Source: an uncultured Planctomycetales bacterium
Lineage (GTDB): Bacteria; Omnitrophota; Gorgyraeia; Zapsychrales; JAHFFX01
Direction: 5' to 3'
Assembly: GCA_964464475.1 (NCBI GenBank)
Contig: CAYXGG010000001.1
Coordinates: forward strand, 23,174-87,173
Length of the DNA: 64,000 nt
Shown: positions 50,830-60,960 of the stretch, one piece after another
Position numbering within the stretch: position 1 is the stretch's first letter
Layout: every line of letters begins with the position of its first letter
Translations under genes and position numbers: made by a program
The notes under the pieces: generated by a model
What the model was told of the DNA's origin: nothing
The model's input: only the letters and a program-made list of their open reading frames with translations
Databases searched by the model: none

Positions 50830-52010
50830 TGGCGATTGATCCTATTTGTAAAATGTCGGTAACAGAGCAATCGGTCTATAAAGTGGACCACGATGGGAAG
50901 ACTGTTTATTTTTGTAGCGATCATTGTCTAAAAACTTTTCTCAAAGATCATTCCTCAGGCCATCCGGAAGGTGCGTCCTGCTGCGATGTTGACACGCAAC
51001 CCTGGTATCGTCGTAAAACAGTGGTTGCTCTGGCGGTCTTTTTTATTTTCTTCGCGGCAACTTGGTTTTTCCCTTTTCTGACACGCTTGCGTTTTCACCT
51101 GGGTATGTATTTTAACGCGTTGGGTTGGGCGATCGCATTAGGTTTGGTCATCGGGGGGATTATTGATTATTATGTGCCCAAAGAATACATCTCCCGAATA
51201 CTGACGGCGCCGCGTAAACGCACGATTTTCTACGCAGTTTTTCTGGGCGCTTTTGCCAGTGTTTGCTCTTGTGGGGTTTTGGCGTTATCTATGCAATTGC
51301 ATAAGAAGGGGGCTTCCACAGCTGCGGTCGTGGCGTTCTTGCTAGCGAGCCCCTGGGCAAATTTTCCGCTAACGTTGATGATGGTGGGATTTTTTGGGCT
51401 TTTGCCGGCGTTGTATATTGTTTTTTCCGCCGTTTGTGTCGCGTTAATGACGGGTTTGATTTATTTGCTACTAGAACGAAAAGGGTGGGTGGAACGAAAT
51501 AAAAATACGGTTTCTCTAAATGGCGATTTTTCTGTCCGCGAAGATTTTCGAAAGCGTTGGCGAGAATATCGTTGGTCCGCGAAGCAAATTTATCAGGACC
51601 TGTGTGGGATTGGAAAAGGCATTAGCAGCCTGGCGGACATGATTGTTTGGTGGTTGCTCATCGGGGTGGTGGTCGCCTCGCTCGTGGCTACTTACGTACC
51701 CACGGAGATTTTTACCCGGTACCTGGGGCCAACACTTAGTGGCATGCTTTTAACCATGCTGTTGGCTACCGTCTTGGAAGTTTGCTCTGAGGGCAGCGCG
51801 CCCTTGGCGTTTGAAATGTTTCGCCAGACCGGAGCTTTAGGGAACAGCTTTGTATTCTTGATGGGAGGTGTGATCACGGATTATAACGAATTGGGACTGC
51901 TTTGGCATAATGTCGGACGCCGAGCGGCCATATGGTTACCGATCATTACCATCCCGCAGGTCTTATTTTTTGGTTATGTCGCTAACCTGATTTTCTTTGT
52001 TATTCATTGA
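50829..52010 (+). CDS. YHS domain + DUF318/ArsP-like permease
   Basis: AIDPICKMSV..YFCSDHC, then VCSCG, AFLLASP, EVCSEG. Confidence 0.85.
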   Translation: MAIDPICKMSVTEQSVYKVDHDGKTVYFCSDHCLKTFLKDHSSGHPEGASCCDVDTQPWYRRKTVVALAVFFIFFAATWFFPFLTRLRFHLGMYFNALGWAIALGLVIGGIIDYYVPKEYISRILTAPRKRTIFYAVFLGAFASVCSCGVLALSMQLHKKGASTAAVVAFLLASPWANFPLTLMMVGFFGLLPALYIVFSAVCVALMTGLIYLLLERKGWVERNKNTVSLNGDFSVREDFRKRWREYRWSAKQIYQDLCGIGKGISSLADMIVWWLLIGVVVASLVATYVPTEIFTRYLGPTLSGMLLTMLLATVLEVCSEGSAPLAFEMFRQTGALGNSFVFLMGGVITDYNELGLLWHNVGRRAAIWLPIITIPQVLFFGYVANLIFFVIH

Positions 52011-52053
52011 TGATAAGAAAATCGGTAATTCGGTTGTTGCTTAATTTTTAGGT

Positions 52054-52062
52054 TGTTATAAT
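52054..52062 (+). promoter_or_regulatory. Extended -10 promoter, likely leaderless start at ATG 52070
   Basis: TGtTATAAT at 52054-62, in-frame ATG 7 nt downstream, no SD. Confidence 0.5.
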
Positions 52063-52069
52063 GCCTTTC

Positions 52070-53557
52070 ATGAATTTGAAATCTTGGTCGGCGGTTGGCC
52101 GTCTCTCCGTTAACGAAATGCGTCGCTATCAGGGGAGGCGATTGAGTACGTTTATTAACGAGCAGGTTTTTCCTTTCAGTCCTTTTTATCAGGATGCTTT
52201 TAAAAAGGCCGGAATTTCCCCCCAAAGTGTTCGTGGTTTTAATGATTTAGCCCGGCTGCCGTTTACTTCAAAAACAGATTTTGTCGCCACTCCGGAGCAT
52301 CCGGAAAAATATAAAGAGTTTGTGCTGCACCCTTCCGCGGATAAAATTAAATCTTTTTGGCCGCTTGGAAAAAAGTTGGACTTGATTTTTGATAAAGTTA
52401 TGGATGGGGGCGAGGCTGTTTTAGAGCGGCTTTCTCGAGAATACCGACCCTGTTTTATTACATTTACGACCGGAACAACGAACAAGCCCGTTTCTTTTCT
52501 ATATAGCGCCTATGACATTAATAACTTGTACCTATCCGGATCACGGATGCTGCAGTTATTCGGTATCAAAAATGATGAGCGAATTTTCAATATGTTTCCT
52601 TACGCGCCGCATTTGGCTTTTTGGCAAGTGGTTTTTGGTGGGTTGTCGGACGCGGTGGTTATTTTCTCCAGTGGTGGTGGTAAGACGATGGGGACGGAAG
52701 GGAATATTGCCGCTTTGTTGCGTATGCGACCATCGGTTGTTTTGGGCGTGCCGAGTTACGTGTATCATGTTTTGCGTCTGGCTCAAGAGAAGAATTGTCG
52801 TCTTGATTATGTCAAAACGGTGGTGTTGGGAGCCGCAAGGGTGACGGAAGGCTTTAAAGCGAAATTGAGAGAACTGTTGAACGCGATGGGGGCGACGAAC
52901 GTGGCCATCATCGGCACTTACGGATTCACGGAAGCCCGCTGCGCTTGGGCGGAATGCCCAACGAAACCAGGCGTTTCCAGCGGCTATCATTTGTATCCGG
53001 ATAAAGAAATTTTTGAGATTATTGATCCCGAAACTGGTCAGGTACGCGGGGAAGGAGAAGATGGCGAAATTGTTTATACCTCGTTGGATGCGCGTGGTTC
53101 GATAGTCGTCCGTTATCGCACCGGTGATTATGTGAAAGGCGGCATCACCTACGCGCCTTGTCCGCATTGTGGGCTCACTGTTCCGCGACTTTCTAGCGAT
53201 ATCACCCGATTGTCAGACGTTAGGGGATTAAATTTGTCTAAAATTAAAGGAGCGCTCGTTAATCTTAATGATTTTGCCAGCATTCTTAATGATCTTCCCG
53301 ATATCAACGAATGGCAAATTGAGATTCGGAAAAAAGATAATGACCCCCATGAAATCGATGAATTGGTCGTTTATGTTTGCCCACGGTCGGGGGTTGACCA
53401 ACAACGTTTTACCGAAGATCTTAGTAAAAAAATTATGAACGCGACGGAAATTTCACCCAATGCTGTGCTATTCTTGTCCTTAGAGGACATCGTGCGCCGA
53501 TTGGAGCTGGAGACGGCCAATAAAGAAAAGCGGATCGTTGATTCCCGGCCTAAATGA
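52070..53557 (+). CDS. Phenylacetate-CoA ligase (PaaK)-like acyl-CoA synthetase
   Basis: SPFY, LPFTSKTD, FTTGTT, TYGFTE, EIIDPETG..GEIVYT, RYRTGD. Track start is 52061. Confidence 0.85.
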   Translation: MNLKSWSAVGRLSVNEMRRYQGRRLSTFINEQVFPFSPFYQDAFKKAGISPQSVRGFNDLARLPFTSKTDFVATPEHPEKYKEFVLHPSADKIKSFWPLGKKLDLIFDKVMDGGEAVLERLSREYRPCFITFTTGTTNKPVSFLYSAYDINNLYLSGSRMLQLFGIKNDERIFNMFPYAPHLAFWQVVFGGLSDAVVIFSSGGGKTMGTEGNIAALLRMRPSVVLGVPSYVYHVLRLAQEKNCRLDYVKTVVLGAARVTEGFKAKLRELLNAMGATNVAIIGTYGFTEARCAWAECPTKPGVSSGYHLYPDKEIFEIIDPETGQVRGEGEDGEIVYTSLDARGSIVVRYRTGDYVKGGITYAPCPHCGLTVPRLSSDITRLSDVRGLNLSKIKGALVNLNDFASILNDLPDINEWQIEIRKKDNDPHEIDELVVYVCPRSGVDQQRFTEDLSKKIMNATEISPNAVLFLSLEDIVRRLELETANKEKRIVDSRPK

Positions 53558-53567
53558 GGACTAACTT

Positions 53568-54845
53568 ATGAATCGAATCGCTATAATGGATGGCATTCGC
53601 ACCCCTTTTTGCAAAATGGGTACGGCGTTTAATGATGTTAGCGCTCAGACATTAGGATCTTTGGCGGTTAAAGAATTACTGGAACGCAGCGGCATTAGTC
53701 GTAAGGCTATTGACGAAGTTGTTTTTGGGAATGTGTCTCAGCCTCCGGAAGCGGCTAATATTTCTCGCGTCATTAGTTTGTTGAGTGGATTACCCATGAC
53801 GACGCCTGCTTTTACCGTTCATCGTAATTGTGCGTCGGGGCTGGAAGCGGTCGTCACGGCCGCGCTCAAAATTCAGGCGGGAGAAGATCTTTGCGTGCTT
53901 GCGGGCGGAACGGAATCTATGAGTAATATTCCGTTTTTTTTGTCTAAGGATTTACAGGAAATTTTAGGGAAGTTGAACAAAGCAAAAACTCCGCTCGAAA
54001 AAATCCAGGCTCTGGCGCTTCTTCGTCCCAAACATTTATCTCCGGTCATCGGCTTACAACTGGGGTTAACGGATCCAACTTGTGGTTTAAACATGGGGCA
54101 GACGGCGGAAGTTCTGGCCAAAGAATTTGGTATTTCCCGTCAGGAACAGGATGAGTTTGCTCTGGAAAGTCATCATCGCGCAACGGCTGCCAAGAATATT
54201 TTAAAAGAAGAAATCGTTCCGGTCATACCCGGGCCTAAATATGCCAGCGCTTTTGATGGAGATAATGGTCCGCGGGAAAATCAATCGTTGGAAGCTCTGG
54301 CTAAACTAAAGCCGGTTTTTGATAAATATTCCGGAACCGTCACCGCCGGAAATTCTTCTCAATTGACTGACGGGGCCGTGGCGCTTCTGGTTGCCAGCGA
54401 ACGTCGGGCACAGGATTTGGGAATTAAACCCTTAGGGTATATTAAGTGTTTTGCTTTCGCGGGGGTAGAGCCTAACCGAATGGGGATTGGGCCCGCGCAT
54501 GCGATTCCAAAAGCTTTGAAAAAAGCGGGTCTTAATTTACAACAGATTCAGGCGTTTGAGATCAACGAAGCTTTCGCGGCTCAGGTGATTGCTGTTTTGC
54601 GCGCGTTGGAGTCGCCAGAGTTTGCGCGTCAATTTGGCTACGAAGATTACACCGGCCGGATTGATCGCAAATTGTTAAATATTAATGGTGGGGCCATCGC
54701 CTTGGGACATCCGGTTGGCGCGACGGGCGCCCGGCTCATTTTAACCATGCTAAAACATTTGCAACGCCAGAATCTACAGTATGGGTTGGTCTCTTTGTGT
54801 ATCGGTGGCGGGCAGGGAGCCGCGATGGTGTTGGAGAGAATTTAA
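53568..54845 (+). CDS. fadA: Acetyl-CoA C-acyltransferase (thiolase, FadA/FadI)
   Basis: RTPF, HRNCASG, TAGNSSQLTDGA, EINEAFA, GGAIALGHPVGATG, SLCIGGGQG. Confidence 0.93.
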   Translation: MNRIAIMDGIRTPFCKMGTAFNDVSAQTLGSLAVKELLERSGISRKAIDEVVFGNVSQPPEAANISRVISLLSGLPMTTPAFTVHRNCASGLEAVVTAALKIQAGEDLCVLAGGTESMSNIPFFLSKDLQEILGKLNKAKTPLEKIQALALLRPKHLSPVIGLQLGLTDPTCGLNMGQTAEVLAKEFGISRQEQDEFALESHHRATAAKNILKEEIVPVIPGPKYASAFDGDNGPRENQSLEALAKLKPVFDKYSGTVTAGNSSQLTDGAVALLVASERRAQDLGIKPLGYIKCFAFAGVEPNRMGIGPAHAIPKALKKAGLNLQQIQAFEINEAFAAQVIAVLRALESPEFARQFGYEDYTGRIDRKLLNINGGAIALGHPVGATGARLILTMLKHLQRQNLQYGLVSLCIGGGQGAAMVLERI

Positions 54846-54856
54846 ATAGTAAAAAA

Positions 54857-54940
54857 TGTCAAGTGTCAGGTGTTAAAAAGATTATTAGATGCTGCTAATT
54901 TTTTTCGTTTTTCTTAACACGTAACACTTTTAACTTCACA
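54857..54940. repeat. Inverted heptamer arrays forming an imperfect hairpin
   Basis: tgtcaag-tgtcagg-tgttaaa (54857-77) versus cttaaca-cgtaaca-cttttaa-cttcaca (54913-40). Confidence 0.5.
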
Positions 54941-54949
54941 CTCAAAAAT

Positions 54950-57070
54950 ATGTCCGTCTCTTTTCGTAAAGTTAATGAAGTTGGCTACATCGAATTCGAT
55001 CACCCGGATTCCAAGGTTAATATTTTGACCGCGGACGTGATTCAGCGGTTGGATGCGGTTATCGATGAGGTTGCCCGTCAAGAAAATTTGAAGGTTGTGT
55101 TATTGGTTAGTAAGAAAAAAGATATTTTTATCGCCGGCGCGGATATTAAAGAGATTGAGAATATCGCTGATCCGAGTGAGGCGATCGCAAAAGCTAACGC
55201 AGGGCAGAATGTTTTTAATAAGCTTGAGGATTTGAATGTTCCGACAGTGGCTGTGATTGATGGAGCGGCGTTAGGCGGCGGGTGCGAGCTCGCGCTGGCC
55301 TGTCGCTATCGCGTGGCTACGTTTAATGACAAGGTGCGTATTGGTTTACCGGAAGTTAATTTGGGGATTTTGCCAGGTTTTGGCGGAACGTATCGACTTC
55401 CTAGGGCGTTAGGTCTTGAACGCGCGGTTCGAATGATCACCACCTGTAAAATTGTTTCCGGCCCAGAGGCGTTAAAGATCGGTTTAGTGGATGCGGTTTT
55501 TCCACAGCAGAGCTTAGATCAGGAGTTGCAGCGATGGCTGCAGCAATTGCCGGTACCCGCAACGGAGCGAAAGCGTAAAAAGACGCCAGTTCAAACGTTC
55601 CTCGAAGGTAATTTCCTCGGGCGGATGTTCCTTTTTCAAGAAACGCGAAAAGCGATTCGCGCGATTACTAAAGGTTTTTATCCGGCTCCATTAAAAGCTG
55701 CCGAAGTTTTAGAGCAAGCCTTTGGGCAGCCGCGGCATGAAGCCTTACAGATTGAAGCCAGGGGATTTTCTGAGCTTGTCGTGACTGAAGTGTGCAAGAA
55801 TTTGATCCGGGTTTTTTATTTGTCCGAAAAATTTAAAAAATTTTCGGTTCCTGGAGCCGAGCAGGTTCCCCCGGCTAAAATTGAGAAAATCGCAGTGCTG
55901 GGTGCGGGGGTTATGGGAGGGGGCATCGCCCAGTTGTTTAGTCAACAAGGGATGACCGTGCGGCTTAAAGATATTAATTTTGATGCGATTGGGAAGGGAT
56001 TTAAAGCGGCGCAAAAAGTCTATGACCAATTAGTGCAAAAAAAGAAATTATCCACCGCGGAAGCTAACTTACGGATGTCGCGGATGACCGGAACATTAGA
56101 TTATTCCGGTTTCCAGAATGCAGAATTGGTGGTTGAAGCCGTTGTTGAGAATCTGGAAATTAAAAAGAAGGTTTTTCAGGAGTTGTCTTCCGTCAGTAAC
56201 CCCGAGGCTATCCTCGCGACGAATACTTCCGCGTTGTCAGTGACGGAAATGAGCGCTGTAACCAAAGATCCTTCTAAAGTCATTGGAATTCATTTTTTTA
56301 ATCCGGTGCATCGCATGCCGCTCATTGAAATTGTTAAAACACCGCAAACTTCTTTGGCAACGCTGGCGGCCGTGGTGCAGCTGACCAAAGCTTTGGGTAA
56401 AACGCCGATCATTGTGAAGGACTCTTGTGGATTCTTAGTAAATCGCGTTTTATTGGGGTACATTAATGAGGCGGGAAGGCTATTGGAGGAAGGAGCCAAA
56501 GTTGAGGAGGTCGATCGGGCGGCAACTGATTTTGGGTTGCCGATGGGGCCTTTTGCCTTGACCGATGAAGTTGGTGTCGACGTGGGGATAAAAGTTCTTC
56601 ATGTTCTGGAGAAAGGTCTGGGCAAAAGATTTCAACCCGTTGAAGCTTTTGAGAAAGTTTTTCAGGCAGGTCTACTGGGTAAAAAATCCGGCAGTGGGTT
56701 TTATGTGCACCGAAAATTTCGTTCCTTGAATCCGCGGATTGCTCAATTAGTACACGTTCGAGAGCGGCGAAAATTTGTCGCGAAAGAAGCTTTGGAGCGC
56801 ATGTTGTTGGTTATGATTAACGAGGCGTCCCGATGTTTAGAAGAAGGTGTCGTGGATGGACCGGACGTGGTGGACATTGGGATGATCATGGGGACAGGGT
56901 TCCCGCCTTTTCGCGGGGGATTGTTAAGATACGCCGACAGCTTGACTGTTGGGTATATTGTTGAACGCTTGACCGCTTTTGAACGCATTACCCAATCGGA
57001 CCGTTTTCATCCGAGCGCCTATCTTATTAATCTTAAGAATCAAAACCGTAGTTTCTTTAACCAAACTTAA
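54950..57070 (+). CDS. fadJ: Fatty-acid oxidation complex alpha subunit (enoyl-CoA hydratase / 3-hydroxyacyl-CoA dehydrogenase)
   Basis: FIAGADI, LGGGCELALAC, GLPEVNLGILPGFGGT, GAGVMGGGIA, TNTSAL, HFFNPV, GFPPFRGG. Confidence 0.93.
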   Translation: MSVSFRKVNEVGYIEFDHPDSKVNILTADVIQRLDAVIDEVARQENLKVVLLVSKKKDIFIAGADIKEIENIADPSEAIAKANAGQNVFNKLEDLNVPTVAVIDGAALGGGCELALACRYRVATFNDKVRIGLPEVNLGILPGFGGTYRLPRALGLERAVRMITTCKIVSGPEALKIGLVDAVFPQQSLDQELQRWLQQLPVPATERKRKKTPVQTFLEGNFLGRMFLFQETRKAIRAITKGFYPAPLKAAEVLEQAFGQPRHEALQIEARGFSELVVTEVCKNLIRVFYLSEKFKKFSVPGAEQVPPAKIEKIAVLGAGVMGGGIAQLFSQQGMTVRLKDINFDAIGKGFKAAQKVYDQLVQKKKLSTAEANLRMSRMTGTLDYSGFQNAELVVEAVVENLEIKKKVFQELSSVSNPEAILATNTSALSVTEMSAVTKDPSKVIGIHFFNPVHRMPLIEIVKTPQTSLATLAAVVQLTKALGKTPIIVKDSCGFLVNRVLLGYINEAGRLLEEGAKVEEVDRAATDFGLPMGPFALTDEVGVDVGIKVLHVLEKGLGKRFQPVEAFEKVFQAGLLGKKSGSGFYVHRKFRSLNPRIAQLVHVRERRKFVAKEALERMLLVMINEASRCLEEGVVDGPDVVDIGMIMGTGFPPFRGGLLRYADSLTVGYIVERLTAFERITQSDRFHPSAYLINLKNQNRSFFNQT

Positions 57071-57074
57071 TCAC

Positions 57075-57635
57075 ATGGCGGAATTACAAAATAAAAGATT
57101 TGGATTCAACATGTTTTTTATTATCCCTCTGATTTTATTTTCTTTAATCGGGGGATGTTTACTCATCGGCGTTTTGGCTTCAAAATATCATGAGTTTACC
57201 AGTCCAGAGTATAACTTTAGTATCAAGTATCCGTCTGATTGGCAGATGGTTAAGCCGGAACAGGGGGCGGTTGTTGTTTTCCTCTCACCGAAAGAAAATG
57301 ATTTGGATACATTCCAGGCCAATGTTAACGTGGTCGTGCAAGATTTAAGTGCTCAATCGATGACTTTGGAGCAGTACGCCAAGTTAGCCTTGGATCAATT
57401 GACAGGAACATTCAAAGATGTGGATGTTGTTGAGAACGCGCCAACGACAGTTGGGAAGCTTTCGGGGCATAAGCTTGTTTATGCGGCTCAAGGTGAGAGT
57501 CCACTGAAAATAATGACCGTTATGGTGTTGCAGGATGACGTGGCTTACTCCATTTTCTTTACTTCAGAGTTTAACAAATTTGACCAATATGTCGCGCAAA
57601 TCAACGACGTGGTCAATTCCTTCCGATTGTTATAA
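57075..57635 (+). CDS. Membrane-anchored PsbP/DcrB-like protein
   Basis: N-terminal TM, FSIKYPSDW, ANVNVVVQ, VVNSFRL. Start re-assigned to ATG 57075. Confidence 0.65.
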   Translation: MAELQNKRFGFNMFFIIPLILFSLIGGCLLIGVLASKYHEFTSPEYNFSIKYPSDWQMVKPEQGAVVVFLSPKENDLDTFQANVNVVVQDLSAQSMTLEQYAKLALDQLTGTFKDVDVVENAPTTVGKLSGHKLVYAAQGESPLKIMTVMVLQDDVAYSIFFTSEFNKFDQYVAQINDVVNSFRLL

Positions 57636-57649
57636 TTAATCATAATTAA

Positions 57650-58705
57650 ATGTCGGCCCAACCAAATAGCAACGTTAAGCCTTTATGCAAGCTCTTTGGC
57701 CAATGTGGAGGTTGCCAATTTCAAGATATTGCTTATGCGGATGAATTAAAATTGAAAGAACAGCTGGTGGGCGACTTGTTTGATAAAAGTTTTGGTCAGA
57801 TGGATAAAATTTTGCAACCTATTTTACCATCTCCTAAAGAGTATCATTACCGGCATCGTTTGGATCTAAAGCTGGTTAATTCTATTAAGAATGGTTTGCA
57901 AATGGGGTTTTCTCCGGAGACAGGAAAACAGATTCTGCCGGCACAGGAGTGCCCGATTGCCCGACAGGAAATTTCAGATTTTTTGCCGCAACTGAAAGAA
58001 CACTTATTGACGCATTGGCCTCAGGATTATGAGGTGGCAAACGTGGTGGTGCGCAGCGGAGACGCGCGTTATGTCCGTTGGGGTGGGATAGGACAGCGTT
58101 CGTTGCGCATGAATCCCGAAGAGTATTTCTGGACCGAAGTTCGCGGTCAAAAAATTTACTACTCCCTGGAAACTTTTTTTCAGGCCAATTTAGATATTTT
58201 GCCTGCTGTCATTGATTATGTGCGTTCGTTTGACTTCTGGCAGCGACGGCCGGTTTTTTTGGACCTTTATGCTGGCGTGGGGCTTTTTGGATTATCGGTG
58301 GTTGATTTGGCCAACAAGGTCTTTATGATTGAAGAAAATAAAGTTTCTGCGCGTTTAGCGCAGCATAACGTCGCGGCCCAGAGGTTGGCGGGCGTTTTGA
58401 TTTTGGCGCGTACTGTCGAGGCGGCGTTGCCGGAAATTTTTAAACAATATCCTCACCAAGAGATGGTCGCGATGATTGATCCACCTCGGGCTGGTTTAAG
58501 TCCGCAGGTCGTTGATTTTTTAAAGAATTGTGAACAATTGAGCCATTTAATCTATTTGTCCTGTCAGCCGGAATCGCTAGTGAGGGATTTAAAAATTCTA
58601 ACGAGTGGCGCGTGGCGCTTGCGGGAGGTGCGTCCGTTAGATTTCTTCCCCAAGACTAGGCATATTGAAACCCTCGTTGTTTTGGAGCATTTAAAGAAAG
58701 GTTAG
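57650..58705 (+). CDS. RNA (uracil-5)-methyltransferase, TrmA/RlmD family (no TRAM domain)
   Basis: CKLFGQCGGCQFQ, FFQAN, LDLYAGVG, DPPRAG, YLSC, DFFPKTRHIE. Confidence 0.88.
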   Translation: MSAQPNSNVKPLCKLFGQCGGCQFQDIAYADELKLKEQLVGDLFDKSFGQMDKILQPILPSPKEYHYRHRLDLKLVNSIKNGLQMGFSPETGKQILPAQECPIARQEISDFLPQLKEHLLTHWPQDYEVANVVVRSGDARYVRWGGIGQRSLRMNPEEYFWTEVRGQKIYYSLETFFQANLDILPAVIDYVRSFDFWQRRPVFLDLYAGVGLFGLSVVDLANKVFMIEENKVSARLAQHNVAAQRLAGVLILARTVEAALPEIFKQYPHQEMVAMIDPPRAGLSPQVVDFLKNCEQLSHLIYLSCQPESLVRDLKILTSGAWRLREVRPLDFFPKTRHIETLVVLEHLKKG

Positions 58706-58708
58706 GTT

Positions 58709-58996
58709 ATGGAAACAAAAGATACTCCGTACGAAAAGCAATTGTTTGTCTGCACTAATGATAAAAAAGGCGAAAATGCAAGCTGTGGAGATCAACACGG
58801 CGAGGCGATTTTTCAAGAATTGCGTAAAATCGCCAAAGAGCGCGGCCTGCATCCTCGCATCCGGGTAGCCCAGGCTAAATGTTTGGGGCAATGCAGTTTG
58901 GGGTGTAATGTGATGGTCTATCCAGATAACGTTTGGTACAGTCGAGTGCTATTATCTGATGTGCCGAATCTTGCTGATAAATATCTTGCCAAGTAA
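58709..58996 (+). CDS. Thioredoxin-like [2Fe-2S] ferredoxin
   Basis: LFVCTN..SCG..CLGQCSLG..VYPDNVWY. Confidence 0.88.
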   Translation: METKDTPYEKQLFVCTNDKKGENASCGDQHGEAIFQELRKIAKERGLHPRIRVAQAKCLGQCSLGCNVMVYPDNVWYSRVLLSDVPNLADKYLAK

Positions 58997-59041
58997 TTTC
59001 TGAATCTCGTCGAATTCAAGTCAAAAAAATAGAAAGTCCCG

Positions 59042-59069
59042 TTGATTTCGTGCTTAAAGAACCTATACT
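59042..59069 (+). promoter_or_regulatory. Putative sigma70 promoter for acyl-CoA dehydrogenase
   Basis: TTGATT-16 bp-TATACT in an AT-rich intergenic region. Confidence 0.4.
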
Positions 59070-59101
59070 CATATTTAGGTTCAATAATTTAGAAAGGGAC
59101 G

Positions 59102-60952
59102 GTGGGTATGAGTATTTTTGACAAAAATATCAGCGCCGAGAAAAAAGCGTCGCTTGAGCTGGCGGAAGCCTCGCGTGAGTCAGAATGGAAGTATCCCAGT
59201 TTTGCCCTTAGGCTTTTCCATGGTCAGGTTGATTGGCGCTTAATTCAACCCTTCCCCGAACAATCCGCTGAAGACAAACGTATCGGCGATGAGTATCTGG
59301 TCAAACTCGAGAAATTCCTTAAAGACAATTTAGATCCGGATGAAGTAGACCGAACCGGAATTATTTCAGAGAGGGTGTACAAAGGTCTGGCCGAATTAAA
59401 GGCTTTTGCGATTAAAATCCCCAAAGAATATGGCGGCTTAGGTTTTAGTCAGGTTAATTATAATCGGGCGATTCATTTGGTTTCCAGTTATTGCGGGTCA
59501 ACGGCGGTCTTGCTGTCCGCTCACCAAAGCATCGGGGTCCCACAGCCGTTAAAACTATTTGGGACGGACGACCAGAAAAAAAAGTTTCTTCCTTTGTTTG
59601 CGAATGGCGCCATTTCGGCGTTTGCGCTCACTGAGCCGGGGGCCGGATCAGATCCTAGAAACATGACCACCACCGCAACCCCAACGGAAGATGGTAAATA
59701 TTTTCTTTTAAATGGAGAAAAATTATGGTGTACCAATGGTTTGATTGCGGGTGTTCTGGTTGTTATGGCGGTTACTCCGCCTAAAATAATTAAAGGGAAA
59801 GAACACAAACAAATCACCGCTTTTATTGTCGAAACAAATTCTCCGGGTTTTGAAATCGCTCACCGCTGTGAATTTATGGGATTGCATGGGATTCAAAACG
59901 GATTGCTGCGCTTTAAGAACGTTAAAGTGCCTCGGGAAAATATCATTTTGGGAGAGGGCGAGGGGCTTAAGTTAGCCTTGATGACGCTGAATACGGGTCG
60001 CTTAACGTTACCGGCCGCCTCCGCGGGTATTGCCAAATGGTGTTTGCATGTCAGTCGTCAGTGGTCGCAGAAGCGACAGCAGTGGGGTGGGCCCATCGGA
60101 GAGCACGAGAGTGTTGCTTTGAAGCTGGGCTACATCGCGAGTCACACGTTCGCACTTGATGCCATTACGTGGCTGACTTCGGCGATGGCGGACGATAAGA
60201 AAAGAGACATTCGAATTGAAGCGGCCATTGCCAAATATTTTTGCACTTTGCATAGTTGGAAAATAGTGGATGAAACGTTGCAAATTCGCGGAGGTAGCGG
60301 GTACGAGAGCGCTTCATCGCTGCGCAAGCGAGGTGTGGACTATTGGCCGGTAGAGCGAGTGATGCGCGATGTGCGCATCAATTTGATTATCGAAGGGACG
60401 TCTGAAATCATGCATTTGTTTATCGCCAGGGAGGCGCTGGATCCGCATCTTAGTCGCAGTAAGGTTTTGTTGAGTGGGCGAGCGTCGCTAGGGGATAAGT
60501 TCAAAGCGTTAGTCTCGGCGGGATTTTATTATACTTGCTGGTATCCGAAGTTGTGGTTACCAAGTTTTGCAGGCTATGACCTCCCGGACATATTAAACCA
60601 GCACATGGGGTATGTCGCGCATGCTTCCAAGGTTTTGGCCCGACAAACTTTTCATCAGATGCTAAAACATCAAAAGAAATTAGAATCCAAACAAAGCATT
60701 CTTAATCGCGTGGTGGACGCGGGAACAGATTTGTTTGCGATGTCTGCGGTCTGTGCTTATGCGCAGTCTTTAATGAAGAAAGGGCAGCAAAATGCTGTTG
60801 ACCTGGCAGACGCTTTTTGTCAGGAAGCACGGCAACGCGTTGAATTGACTTTGAGTGGTGACACACGAGCTTACGAGGAACGTTATTTAAATACAGCCAA
60901 GCGCGTGTTGAAAAATGAATTTTCCTGGCTGGAAAACGATATCATCGCTTAA
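59102..60952 (+). CDS. fadE: Long-chain acyl-CoA dehydrogenase (VLCAD/FadE-like)
   Basis: SAHQSIG, AFALTEPGAGSD, NGEKLWCTNG, LNTGR, QIRGGSGY, RDVRINLIIEGTSEI. Confidence 0.92.
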   Translation: MGMSIFDKNISAEKKASLELAEASRESEWKYPSFALRLFHGQVDWRLIQPFPEQSAEDKRIGDEYLVKLEKFLKDNLDPDEVDRTGIISERVYKGLAELKAFAIKIPKEYGGLGFSQVNYNRAIHLVSSYCGSTAVLLSAHQSIGVPQPLKLFGTDDQKKKFLPLFANGAISAFALTEPGAGSDPRNMTTTATPTEDGKYFLLNGEKLWCTNGLIAGVLVVMAVTPPKIIKGKEHKQITAFIVETNSPGFEIAHRCEFMGLHGIQNGLLRFKNVKVPRENIILGEGEGLKLALMTLNTGRLTLPAASAGIAKWCLHVSRQWSQKRQQWGGPIGEHESVALKLGYIASHTFALDAITWLTSAMADDKKRDIRIEAAIAKYFCTLHSWKIVDETLQIRGGSGYESASSLRKRGVDYWPVERVMRDVRINLIIEGTSEIMHLFIAREALDPHLSRSKVLLSGRASLGDKFKALVSAGFYYTCWYPKLWLPSFAGYDLPDILNQHMGYVAHASKVLARQTFHQMLKHQKKLESKQSILNRVVDAGTDLFAMSAVCAYAQSLMKKGQQNAVDLADAFCQEARQRVELTLSGDTRAYEERYLNTAKRVLKNEFSWLENDIIA

Positions 60953-60960
60953 ATTTCCTT

